From an uncultured Desulfobacterales bacterium (GTDB lineage: Bacteria; Desulfobacterota; Dissulfuribacteria; Dissulfuribacterales; JALVPX01): a DNA stretch of 64,000 nucleotides. The notes beneath the pieces were generated by a model, which was not told the origin of the DNA, ran no database searches, and worked only from the letters and a program-made list of their open reading frames with translations. Below are positions 20,555-30,589 of this stretch, in pieces (within the stretch, counting starts at the first letter, position 1; every line of letters begins with the position of its first letter). The position numbers and the translations under genes were made by a program. Where the stretch lies: the NCBI GenBank assembly GCA_964459155.1, contig CAYWKF010000013.1, forward strand, positions 8,491-72,490, given 5' to 3'.

Positions 20555-20584
20555 GGGCCTTTCACGCGGAAAGGCCCTTTTTTT
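20555..20584. terminator. bidirectional rho-independent terminator between the Mo-enzyme operon and dnaE2
   Basis: GGGCCTTTC-ACGCG-GAAAGGCCC followed by T7. It overlaps the last codons of the minus-strand dnaE2 remnant. Confidence 0.7.
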
Positions 20585-23579
20585 CATATGCTTTGAACAC
20601 CTTGTCCAAAGGGCCACTCAACTCCTGACTGAACTGTTTTGCAACTATAATAGCTGAAACACCTTCATATCCCTCCCTTTTTAATATTCCTGCTCCAGTC
20701 ACCACTTCTGACAAAAAAGTAGCCTGGCTCCCTTGATCTGAGCAGAGGGAAACACCACAAGATCTATGAGGCCTGTCTCGTCTTCCAAAGTCACGAACAT
20801 AATCCGCCTGCCAGAACGCACTGGAGGGGTATGAACAAGGATCAACAAGCCTGAAAAACGGACCCAGCTGCCTGATTTCATCTGTTTTATAACAGCCCAA
20901 GGCATAATACCCCTTTTCTTCAACAACGGCCTGAGATGTTCAAAGGGATGAGCAGAACAATAAACCTCCAGGTTTGCACGCTCACCAAGCACCTGCTCAA
21001 AACGGACATCAAGCTGCCTTGGCATATACGCGATCCTCGTCTGTTGACGGCAGGCCTGATAGGGCTTCCGCAAATATAAGCTTCGCCTTTATATCTTTAG
21101 AAAGCCGAACACGCTTAAAAAGGGCTTCCCAGCTTGAGTAAAGGCCATTTTCCACCCTTTCATGTATAATATGATAGGCATTGTTGATACCGACCCCGCG
21201 AATCACCTGCAGAGGAACCCTGATGCCCCCTCCTTCTGGTTCATATTCAACACCGCTGTAATTTACATGGGGTGGATAGATTTTTATGCCTTTTCTGCGT
21301 GCCTCATTCAAAATTACCCAGGCAGGATAAGAGCCCACGCCCCCGCTGTTGAGCAGGCCTATATAAAAGGCCTGGGCATGGTGGCTTTTCAAGTAGGCGC
21401 TTTTATAGGCAATATGGGAAAAGGCTACTGCATGCGCCTTGCAAAAACCATAAGCTGCAAAGGCAGAAACTTGTTTAAACACCCTTTCTGCCTCTTTCAA
21501 GGTATGACCATTTCGCAGGGCACCTTTGATGAATGCAGCCCTAAGCCTTTGCATTTCCATTGGGGAACGTTTTTTGGTCATGGCCCTGCGAAAGGCATCG
21601 GCATCTGCATAAGAAAAACCAGCAAAGAGGTGAACCACCTTCAATACCTGCTCCTGGAATACGATGACTCCGTAAGTCTCCTTCAAGACATTTGCAAGGC
21701 TGGTATGTATGGGCCTTGCATCCATTCTTCCAGCTCTCCTTTCTACATATTTTCTGACAAGATCGCCTTCCACTGGCCCTGGCCTGAACAGGGAGATCTC
21801 TGCAACCAGATCGTCAAAACATTTAGGCCTAAGCTTGCCCAAAAGCTGGCGCTGCCCAGGAGATTCAAGTTGAAAAACGCCTAGACTGTCTCCTTGGGAC
21901 AGTTCATGAAAAGTTTTTCTGTCATCCAAAGGAAGGGCAGCAAGGCGCCTATCCCATTTGCCCTGTTTCCACAACGCCTCTTCAGCCTTTCTGAGTGCTG
22001 TATGCATCCTAAGACCAAGTAGATCCAGTTTCAAAAGTCCCAAATCCTCTACGTCATCTTTGTCCAACTGTGCAACAGGAAATCCTTTGTTGGAGGTAGA
22101 GATGGGTGTCCACTTTTCAATTTGGTCTGGAACAACGATCACGCCTCCAAGGTGTACAGATGCCTGAAAGGGCAGGCCTGAAAGCCGGGATGCATATTCC
22201 ACCAACCTGGTATGGCGCTTAATGGGTGCATTTTTAAGCTCGGGCAGGGTAGACAGGGCTGTCACAAGGTCTATGCCGCGCAATGACCAGGGTAGGCAGG
22301 CAGAAAGACGCTTTATTTGGGCCTCACTGTACCCCATGGCCTTGGCTGCAAGCCTTACCGCACTGCGCACCTTGAAATGGTGAACTGTGGAAACCATGGC
22401 TGCTTGCCCTTTAAAGCGTTCGAGCACCCAGGCCAATACTTCATCTCTGCGTTCAGAGTCGAAATCAATATCCACATCTGGCATGTCCCCACGGCCCTCG
22501 TTCATAAAACGTTCAAACAGAAGATCATGGGCCAAAGGATCTGGTCCGTTCAACAAAAGCGCAACCAGCAACGAACCTACGGCAGAACCCCTTGGTGAAA
22601 ATATGATCTTTTTTCTTCTGGCAAACTCTGCCACTTCATCCACCAGAATAAAAAAATCAGAAAGGCCTTTGGACTTTATGCACGCAAGTTCCTTGTCGAG
22701 CTGCTTGATATGGGCATAGGAAGCAATTTCAAACCGATGCGCCAAACGTTCAAAAGATCTTTTTGCCAATATGCAATCTGCATCCTCCCTATTCCGGAAA
22801 CAGGGAGGGTGAAGCCTTCCAAGGGGAAGAAGGAATTTTTTTGCCTTTTCTGCAATGATTGCGCTGTTTTTCAAGGCCTCTGGCCATGGCACCAGTCTGG
22901 CCATCTCGACACCGCTTGCCATATAAAATGAATCACACATTAAAGGGCGGGCCTTTCTATGATGATGACGCCTTTGTATTTCTACCAGCAATTTGTGAAG
23001 CCCATAATCTTCTCTCTTCAAAAAAGCCACAGAGTTAACCGCTACAGGAGGAACTCCGCTTGCCTTACAAAGGCCTTTTGCCTTTTCCAATGCAACAGGT
23101 GCGGCCCCTATATAAAAATCTCCAGGAAACACCTTCTTGAGCCTGTGTAATTGTGTAACAGCTTGCATGAAACCATCCTGCTCTTCCAACACAGCCGAAC
23201 AATGAGGCAGAAATATCGCAGACAATCCTTCGCTGAATCTCATGAGAAGCGAAACTGGCAAAAGCGCCTTGCTACCCTTCTTTTTCTGAAGTCCCATGGA
23301 GACAAGTTTGCAGAGATTGGCATAGCCATGCCGGGTTAAAACAACAAGAAGCAACCAACAACCTCCCTCTACTTCCACCCGGGCACCTATCACTGGCTGT
23401 ATGCCAGCCCTTCTGGCAATTTTGTAGAAACGCACAACCCCTTGAAGGCTCCAAGTATCTGAAAGCCCTATGGCCTTAAACCCCTTTTTCAAGGCCTCAT
23501 CCACCATCTGTTCAGGTGTAAAGGTACCCCATAAAAATGAATAGGCGCTTTGAACATCTAGATGAACGAACTCCTCCAT
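20562..23579 (-). pseudogene. dnaE2: error-prone DNA polymerase DnaE2, interrupted by two frameshifts (or two sequence errors)
   Basis: PHP plus pol III alpha core lie in ORF 21009..23591. The OB-fold segment (FVTLEDETGLIDLVVFP) is in ORF 20699..21073, offset by one frame. The C-terminal tail (GILKREGYEGVSAIIVAKQF) is in ORF 20562..20900, back in the first frame. Likely start is MEEFVHLDVQSAYSF at 23579. Confidence 0.8.
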
Positions 23580-23587
23580 GGTTAAAT

Positions 23588-24199
23588 TCAAGGCCTTCTT
23601 ATTACCCCAACCAGTTTGCCTATTATCTGCACCTTTTCCTGCTCCCTTCCTGCAAAGACCAAAGGCTCATAGCTGCGGTTTGCAGAGATCAGCTCTAAAG
23701 CACCATTTTTGCGCCTTACCATCTTGAGGGTTGCTTCTGGCAGTAAACCATTCACCATTACTGCTGCAATTTCGCCATCTTCGACATCTCTCTGTGGGCG
23801 GATGATTGCTATATCCCCCGGGGCAATGTGGGCCTCTATCATGGAGTCGCCTTGGACTTTTAGGCCAAAACAATCTTCTGAACCAAAAAAATTGGGATCG
23901 AAGGGAAGTTCATCTTCAATATTTTCTAAGGCGTCTATGGGACTTCCAGCTGCGATTCTGCCTACCACAGGTATGGATCTGTAAACATGGCCAGCAACTA
24001 GCCGCCACGAGCGCTTCTTACCAGGCTCTGAAGCAAGGTAACCTTTCTTCTCCAATACCTTCAAAATGCGGTGTACCCCGGCAGGCCCTTTGAGGCCAAA
24101 ATGTGAGCATATCTCCCGGATTGTAGGGGCGACTCCCCTGTCTCTGAAACTAGCCTGTATGAAATTTAGAATCTCTTGCTGCCTCTTGGTAAGCTCCAT
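23588..24199 (-). CDS. lexA: LexA repressor
   Basis: N-terminal winged HTH (MELTKRQQEILNFI...). AAG cleavage site, GDSM Ser and a downstream Lys of the S24 peptidase. The ORF extends to 24259, but that extension covers the promoter and SOS box. Confidence 0.9.
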   Translation of the reverse strand: MELTKRQQEILNFIQASFRDRGVAPTIREICSHFGLKGPAGVHRILKVLEKKGYLASEPGKKRSWRLVAGHVYRSIPVVGRIAAGSPIDALENIEDELPFDPNFFGSEDCFGLKVQGDSMIEAHIAPGDIAIIRPQRDVEDGEIAAVMVNGLLPEATLKMVRRKNGALELISANRSYEPLVFAGREQEKVQIIGKLVGVIRRP

Positions 24200-24205
24200 G
24201 TCGCA

Positions 24206-24234
24206 TGGATACATGAACATTTGTTCACTGTCAA
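24206..24234 (-). promoter_or_regulatory. lexA promoter with embedded SOS (LexA) box
   Basis: The minus strand reads TTGACA-g-TGAACAAATGTTCA-tg-TATCCA-tgcgac-ATG. This gives a perfect -35, a 17-nt spacer holding a GAAC-N4-GTTC palindrome (24214..24227) and a -10-like hexamer 6 nt from the ATG. Confidence 0.5.
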
Positions 24235-24379
24235 GTCTAAAAAAATGACCTGATTCCAAATTTGCCTTTTCAAGATGGCCAAAGACCCCTTCTGTTCTGC
24301 CACCTTTTCAAAAGATATTTTGGCAGGGGAACAACAGAGAGGCGCTTGCTGTTATGAAATACCAAATTATCAGCCGCTA

Positions 24380-26260
24380 CTATGGGGCAAGCCCTAATGC
24401 CTTACGTTTTTCACTGATCCTGGCATCCAGCAGTTCAGCTGCCTTGAATGGGTCTGGTTCAATCACAAAACATGCCCCCACCAAATCATCCAACCCTGAA
24501 AGGGCCAGATTGGTTACCAGTTCAGAGCCAGTTATGTTGGGCGGGTGTCCAAGATGAGTATATATACCTGATGCAACGGCATAAGTTCCGATGGCTGCAG
24601 CTTTTTCTGAATACCATTCAGGGGAAGAAGCAGCCACGGGTAAATCAGAAATATCCACCCCGAGTTCATTGGCAAGCATGGCGCACAATTGAAGTATGCG
24701 CGCATTGTCAACACAACTGCCCATGTGAACCACAGGCGGTATTGATAATGCCCTGCACACTTCTTGAATGCCTTGGCCTGCCTGGCTGACAGCTTCAGGC
24801 ACCAAAAGCCCTGCCTTTGATGCTGCAGTGGTTACGCAGCCGGTTACTAGCACCAAAATATCCCTTTTAATAAGTTCCTTAGTGAGATTCACATTGCAGT
24901 AATCATGTTTGTATTTGGGATTATTGCACCCCACGATACCGACCACACCGCGGATCTTGCCTTCTTTTATGGCGTCTATTAAGGGTGTTAAAGATCCACC
25001 CAAAGCCCTCAGCAAGGCCTCATTAGAAAAGCCTGTGATCAACTCCACTGGTTCGCATGGAATCTCAACCCGATCAGGATTACGAAGAGCATAACGCTCG
25101 ATAGCCATGCGCACTACCTTTTTAGCCTGCTCCCTGCCATTGGCAATATCAAACTGGATATGTTCAGCGCCTGTAAAGCGGGCCTTGTCAGCGGTTGTCA
25201 CCATCTTCGTATGATAACAGCTTCCAACCTGAACAAGGCTTGGCATAATGCACTGATAATCAACGACGATGAGCTCAACGGCTCCGGTTACAATGGCAAG
25301 CTCAGTCATCAAGTGATTGCCTGCCATGGGTATACCCTGCCTCATCATCAACTCGTTGCCTGTGCAGCAAAGGCCGGCCAGATTTATGCCAGCAGCGCCC
25401 TTTTCTTTGGCCAAGGCCACAAGCTCCGGCTCTACCACTGCCTCTAAAATTTTCTCAGATACTATGGGATTATGTCCATGCACCAAAATGTTTACATGAT
25501 CTTCTTTTAAAACCCCCAAGTTAACTTTTGATTTTTTGGGAAATGGCGTGCCAAAGAGGATGTCTGACACCTCTGTGGCAATCATTGAACCAGCCCATCC
25601 ATCTGCCAGACAGGTTCTAGCCGCGTGAAGCATTGTGTTCGCAGCGTCATTGTCGCAACCCATATGGGTGCGGTGCATCATTTCTGCTATCTCCCGGTCG
25701 ACGCCTCTTGGTGTTATACCCAGCCTTTCCCAAAGCTCACGCCTTCTTTCCGGAACACGAACAATAAATGAAAGCTTCCCTTTTGTAGTGCCGTAATTTT
25801 CGAAAAAATCTGCCGCGACGTCTTTGGCGATATCAACAATATTTCTATTTTTTGTTTTTATACCAATTTCATCCGCAATGCGAAGGAGCTTTTCTTTATC
25901 TTTGATTGAGTAGTCTTTGGTCTCACCGTGTGCCACTGCATAGAGGGCCTCTATACAGTCTCTACCATGATCAGAATGGCCTGCCGCACCGCCAGCAATA
26001 AATCGGCCAAAATTACGCGCTACGATCACATCAGCATCAGCTCCACAGACACCCCTTGGTGCTTTTTTGCTTATCCTGCACGGCCCCATGGTGCATATAC
26101 GGCAACAGACCCCGCTTTCACCGAATTTGCAGTGAGGTTTTTGCTGCATTAGACGGTGCCAGGCTGTCTCGACTCCCTCTTTTTCAGCCTTTGATAGCAT
26201 GTATTGGGCATCGTCCCAAATGGAGGCAGATTTGATGTCTAGTTTCTTTGTGTCATCCAT
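24380..26260 (-). CDS. cooS: anaerobic Ni-Fe carbon monoxide dehydrogenase catalytic subunit
   Basis: HCKFGESGVCCRICTMGPCRI N-terminal cluster motif and the CODH/HCP fold length. ATG at 26260 is preceded by GAGGAGGG. The ORF opens at 26305. Confidence 0.9.
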   Translation of the reverse strand: MDDTKKLDIKSASIWDDAQYMLSKAEKEGVETAWHRLMQQKPHCKFGESGVCCRICTMGPCRISKKAPRGVCGADADVIVARNFGRFIAGGAAGHSDHGRDCIEALYAVAHGETKDYSIKDKEKLLRIADEIGIKTKNRNIVDIAKDVAADFFENYGTTKGKLSFIVRVPERRRELWERLGITPRGVDREIAEMMHRTHMGCDNDAANTMLHAARTCLADGWAGSMIATEVSDILFGTPFPKKSKVNLGVLKEDHVNILVHGHNPIVSEKILEAVVEPELVALAKEKGAAGINLAGLCCTGNELMMRQGIPMAGNHLMTELAIVTGAVELIVVDYQCIMPSLVQVGSCYHTKMVTTADKARFTGAEHIQFDIANGREQAKKVVRMAIERYALRNPDRVEIPCEPVELITGFSNEALLRALGGSLTPLIDAIKEGKIRGVVGIVGCNNPKYKHDYCNVNLTKELIKRDILVLVTGCVTTAASKAGLLVPEAVSQAGQGIQEVCRALSIPPVVHMGSCVDNARILQLCAMLANELGVDISDLPVAASSPEWYSEKAAAIGTYAVASGIYTHLGHPPNITGSELVTNLALSGLDDLVGACFVIEPDPFKAAELLDARISEKRKALGLAP

Positions 26261-26651
26261 CCAGATTCCCTCCTCATCTTGTCCTGGCTTCGTGCAGCCT
26301 AACAAAAATCATATCAAAAAATGAACAGGTTTCACAAGAAAATCTTGAGCAGTTATGTATGTCTTCACTCGTTTATCACTCCGGCATTAAAACGTTCGAT
26401 TTCATAAACTGATCATTTTCATTTTAATAGTGGCAAATTACTAATAAAAAGCTTGCGGCTATTTAGTTGCCTCAGCAATAATAGTGGTTTTCTAGACCAC
26501 CTTGGTTATGATTCGGTATATTTTTCCACGCTGTCATCACTCTTTCCTTGCAAAATTCTTCCACGTTAGATAAGAAGGGCTTGGCTGTTTAAGAACATAG
26601 CGGAATGTTCAACCAAAGGCCTTAACAAGTCTATTCCAAGGAGATTTCTAT

Positions 26652-29225
26652 ATGCCTAAGGGATTGCGCTGGAAATTCGCATTGATGTTTGTGCTGATCA
26701 TCTGCTCGGTGGCTCTGGTGCTGCCTGCCTTTTACAAGGATACGCCAGACTGGTTTAAGAAGTACGTTTACAGCGAAGGATTGAAGTTGGGTCTGGATCT
26801 TCAAGGCGGCATGCATCTTATATTGGAGGTGGACGTTGACCAAGCAATCAAAAATGCCGTTGAGTTGTCTGCCCAAGAACTTAAGGCCACGCTAAAACAC
26901 AAAAATATTACGCTGGTAAGGCGCAAGAGCGCCGAGCCTGGCACAGTAGCCTTTGCTATTCCCAACAAAAGCGCGTTGGAACAGGTAAAGGAGACTATTC
27001 AAAAAGAATTTCCCGACCTCAAGATTCTCCAAATTAAGGAAGATGGACGTTTTCCTACTATAGTTTTGGGCCTTTCTGAAAAAGAAAAACAGTTCATTAA
27101 AGATCACTCAGTGGAACAGTCCCTGGAGATCATAAGAAACCGCATCGATCAGTTTGGGGTTACGGAACCAGTCATTGTTCGCCAGGGCAAGAATAAAATC
27201 GTTGTTCAGCTTCCTGGAGTTAAAGATCCAAAACGTGCTTTAAAACTAATTGGCCAAACCGCCCAGTTGGAATTCAAACTAGTTGATGATGAAGCAGGTG
27301 TGGACCTGGGCGCACTTATACAGCAGGCTGTGAAGAGCGGCCAGGTACCTCCAGATGCTGACGCCAAGACATTGAATGCAGCCCTGAAGGGAAGACTGCC
27401 CAAGGGTGACGCAATATATTTTCTGAAAGAAGTAGACAGCCGCACAGGCAGGGTAACAAAAAGGCCCTTGCTTTTAAAAGAGCGCACGTTGATGACAGGC
27501 GATGCAGTAAAAACTGCCCATGTGAGAATTGGCGGCGCATACAATGAACCGTACGTTGCGCTTGACTTCACAGACCGAGGAGCCAAGATCTTTGCCAAGA
27601 TAACTGAGGAAAATGTAGGAAAGAGACTTGCCATCGTTCTTGATGGCGTGGTGCGATCCGCCCCAGTAATTAGAGAAAAGATCGGTGGAGGCCATGCCCA
27701 GATCACTGGCTCATTCACACATGAAGAGGCTTCTGACTTGGCCATAGTTTTGCGTGCCGGCGCATTGCCCGCTCCAGTAAAGATTATCCAAAATGTGACT
27801 GTGGGCCCATCTTTGGGAAGAGATTCCATTCAGCGGGGCCTTATGTCAGGCTTCCTTGGCGCTGCCTTCGTAATAATATTTATGATCATCTACTATCGCC
27901 TGTCTGGTTTGATTGCCGATGTGGCCATGATATTGAATTTGCTCTTCCTCATGGCTGTTCTTTCCCTGTTCCAGGCCACGCTAACCCTGCCAGGCATTGC
28001 CGGTATTATCTTGACTATAGGTATGGGTGTTGATTCCAACGTGCTCATATTTGAACGAATGCGCGAGGAAAAGGCGCTTGGAAAACCTTTGAAAGCATAC
28101 ATAGATGGAGGCTATGACAAGGCCTTCTGGACCATTGTGGATGCTCACGTTACCACCTTGATCACGGCCCTGGCACTTTTCCTCTTCGGCACAGGCCCTA
28201 TTAAAGGTTTTGCAGTGACCCTTTCGGCTGGTATTGTAATCAACCTCTTTACTGCAATTTTCGGAACCAGGATAGTCTATGACTTCATGCTATCCAAGGG
28301 ATGGCTTAGGGACCTCTCCTTCTTGAAAATCATTGGCAAGACAAATATTGATTTTATCAATCTGCGCAAAGTCGCCTTTGTAATCTCAGGCGCCCTAGTT
28401 GCACTTGGCCTTGTGGCATTTGTCCAAATATACCGTGGAGCCGCTAACCTTGGAGTAGATTTTGCCGGCGGGACCATGATCCAATATAAAGCAGACAAAC
28501 CTTTCAGTCTCAGTGACGTCCGCAAGGCTATAGAGAAGGCCGGAATCAAGGGTTATGCTCTTCAGGAAGTTGCAGGCCAAAATATATTGATGGTCCGCAT
28601 AAAAAGTTCTACTGAAACCGTTGGTGCCGCAGAGGCTGCGGTTACCGCTGCCCTCGAAAAGGGCTTGCCCGATATTAAATTTGCCATAGAAAGCAAGGCT
28701 GCCATAGGCTCACAGGTGAGTTCTGAGTTAAGGCGTAAGGCCATCATAGCTATTGCAATCTCTTTGGCTGGCTTCATTGGCTATCTGGCCTTCAGGTTCA
28801 ATATCAGCTTTGGTGTAGCCGCAGCAGCTGCCACATTTCACGACGTATTGGCTGTGCTTGGTATTGTATATCTCTTGAACCGCGAAATAAATCTCTTGAT
28901 AGTCACGGCCCTTCTGACCCTAGCTGGCTACTCGTTGACAGACACCGTGGTAGTATTTGACAGGATCAGGGAAAATTTGAAAAGGGAACGCAAAAAATCC
29001 TTTGCCGAGATTATCAACCAAAGCGTTAACGAAATGCTCAGCCGGACCATCATTACATCCATCACCACCCTCGTTGTGGTGCTGAGCCTCTTCTTCTTTG
29101 GAGGAATAGTCATCCGTGATTTTGCTTTAACATTAATTCTTGGCATAGTGGTTGGAACTTATTCCTCTGTGTTTGTGGCAAGCCCTATTGTCTACATATG
29201 GCATAAGGGCAAGGCCCCAAGGTAA
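26652..29225 (+). CDS. secDF: fused protein-export membrane protein SecDF
   Basis: 857 aa. SecD periplasmic domain plus 6 TM helices, followed by a SecF-like domain plus 6 TM helices. Confidence 0.9.
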   Translation: MPKGLRWKFALMFVLIICSVALVLPAFYKDTPDWFKKYVYSEGLKLGLDLQGGMHLILEVDVDQAIKNAVELSAQELKATLKHKNITLVRRKSAEPGTVAFAIPNKSALEQVKETIQKEFPDLKILQIKEDGRFPTIVLGLSEKEKQFIKDHSVEQSLEIIRNRIDQFGVTEPVIVRQGKNKIVVQLPGVKDPKRALKLIGQTAQLEFKLVDDEAGVDLGALIQQAVKSGQVPPDADAKTLNAALKGRLPKGDAIYFLKEVDSRTGRVTKRPLLLKERTLMTGDAVKTAHVRIGGAYNEPYVALDFTDRGAKIFAKITEENVGKRLAIVLDGVVRSAPVIREKIGGGHAQITGSFTHEEASDLAIVLRAGALPAPVKIIQNVTVGPSLGRDSIQRGLMSGFLGAAFVIIFMIIYYRLSGLIADVAMILNLLFLMAVLSLFQATLTLPGIAGIILTIGMGVDSNVLIFERMREEKALGKPLKAYIDGGYDKAFWTIVDAHVTTLITALALFLFGTGPIKGFAVTLSAGIVINLFTAIFGTRIVYDFMLSKGWLRDLSFLKIIGKTNIDFINLRKVAFVISGALVALGLVAFVQIYRGAANLGVDFAGGTMIQYKADKPFSLSDVRKAIEKAGIKGYALQEVAGQNILMVRIKSSTETVGAAEAAVTAALEKGLPDIKFAIESKAAIGSQVSSELRRKAIIAIAISLAGFIGYLAFRFNISFGVAAAAATFHDVLAVLGIVYLLNREINLLIVTALLTLAGYSLTDTVVVFDRIRENLKRERKKSFAEIINQSVNEMLSRTIITSITTLVVVLSLFFFGGIVIRDFALTLILGIVVGTYSSVFVASPIVYIWHKGKAPR

Positions 29226-29250
29226 CAGTGGCAGCAACTGACCTGGTTGA

Positions 29251-30531
29251 ATGGACAAGCTGGTCATCAAGGGAGGAAACCCCCTTAAGGGTTCTGTAAG
29301 AATCAGCGGCGCCAAAAACGCCGCTCTTCCCATGCTGGCAGCAACCCTGCTTGCAGAAGGTCGCTTCATACTTACCAATCTGCCACGGCTCCGCGATGTT
29401 CGAACATTCCTGCGCCTTCTCCAAGATCTTGGTGCTGAAATAGACTTTGAAAGCTACGAGAAGGCCGGAGCTCCTGTGGCCATAGACACCACATCCCTGG
29501 CGTCCCATGAGGCATCTTACGATTTGGTACGCACAATGCGCGCATCAATTCTAGTGTTAGGGCCACTTTTAAGCCGCAGCGGCAAGGCAAGGGTATCGTT
29601 GCCAGGAGGCTGCGCCATTGGCGAAAGGCCGGTTGACATGCATCTTAAAGGCCTTGAGCGCATGGGAGCCAAATTGAGTCTTAAAGAGGGTTATGTGGAA
29701 GCCAAGGCCAAAAGGCTCAAAGCGGCAGAAATATATTTCGACATTCCAACAGTTACTGGAACAGAAAATATCATGATGGCTGCTGCCACTGCCAAGGGCA
29801 CCACCATATTAAAGAATGCAGCCAGGGAGCCTGAAGTTGTGGCTCTTGGTGATATGCTCAACGGGATGGGGGCAAAGATCAGTGGTCTTGGAACTGCCAC
29901 AATCATCATAGAAGGTGTGCAAGATTTGAAACCTGGAAAATTTGAGGTCATTCCAGACAGAATCGAAGCCGGCACCTTTATAATGGCCGTTGGCGCCGCA
30001 GGCGGCTCTTTAAAGATTGAGCGTGCTAACCCCTTGCACTTGGAGGCAGTGTTATCAAAACTCAACCAGACAGGCCTTAAAATCAAGACTGGTAAAGACT
30101 GGATCTTTGCGGAACGAAAGGCGCGTTTGAAAAGTGTGGACGTAAAAACGATGCCATATCCAGGCTTTCCAACGGATCTCCAGGCACAGATCATGGCTCT
30201 TATGGCTACCGCCTCTGGGCTCAGCGTCATAACGGAAACGATTTTTGAAAACAGGTTCATGCATGTCGCAGAGCTCAAGCGCATGGGAGCAGACATCAAA
30301 ACAGAAGGCCGCTCAGCAGTGGTGCGAGGCACGAAGAAGCTGCACGGCGCACCTGTAATGGCAACAGATCTTCGGGCATCGGCCAGCCTTGTGCTGGCAG
30401 CCCTCGGTGCAAAAGGTCTTACAGAAGTGCACAGGATCTACCATCTCGACCGCGGCTATGAGGCAATCGAAAAAAAACTTGCCAGTGTGGGGGCAGACAT
30501 AAAGCGTGAGAAAGCAGACATGCCCTATTGA
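29251..30531 (+). CDS. murA: UDP-N-acetylglucosamine 1-carboxyvinyltransferase
   Basis: [28 protein letters not shown]-terminus and the catalytic loop [11 protein letters not shown]. Confidence 0.95.
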   Translation: MDKLVIKGGNPLKGSVRISGAKNAALPMLAATLLAEGRFILTNLPRLRDVRTFLRLLQDLGAEIDFESYEKAGAPVAIDTTSLASHEASYDLVRTMRASILVLGPLLSRSGKARVSLPGGCAIGERPVDMHLKGLERMGAKLSLKEGYVEAKAKRLKAAEIYFDIPTVTGTENIMMAAATAKGTTILKNAAREPEVVALGDMLNGMGAKISGLGTATIIIEGVQDLKPGKFEVIPDRIEAGTFIMAVGAAGGSLKIERANPLHLEAVLSKLNQTGLKIKTGKDWIFAERKARLKSVDVKTMPYPGFPTDLQAQIMALMATASGLSVITETIFENRFMHVAELKRMGADIKTEGRSAVVRGTKKLHGAPVMATDLRASASLVLAALGAKGLTEVHRIYHLDRGYEAIEKKLASVGADIKREKADMPY

Positions 30532-30589
30532 AGAGTGCCTTTGAAAGTTTGCATTGAGCCAGACGCCAATCCACGCTATATAACAGGCT

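Noticed and set aside
20713-20718. Possible programmed -1 ribosomal frameshift at the T6 run in dnaE2
   Set aside because: A single tRNA-Phe slip on UUUUUU would restore the frame at this site. The gene also needs a second, opposite-sign shift about 330 nt upstream with no slippery sequence. The heptamer is not X XXY YYZ in the incoming frame. Indels or sequence errors are the simpler explanation.
23588-24259. Full 223-aa LexA ORF start at 24259
   Set aside because: The extra 20 codons (MESGHFFRLDSEQMFMYPCD) have no counterpart in LexA proteins. They are encoded by the -35, SOS box and -10 sequence. The start at 24199 (MELTKRQQ) fits the family N-terminus.
26322-26337. CRP/CooA-like half-palindrome TGTGAAACCTGTTCA upstream of cooS
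   Set aside because: Only one half-site (TGTGA) matches. The second arm is poor, and the site does not match the CooA-type motifs I recall. This is insufficient to call an operator.
26322-26405. 27-codon ORF (MNRFHKKILSSYVCLHSFITPALKRSIS) in the cooS/secDF intergenic region, considered as a possible yajC-like gene
   Set aside because: It has no Shine-Dalgarno sequence and no TM helix or YajC-like sequence, and it is far too short.
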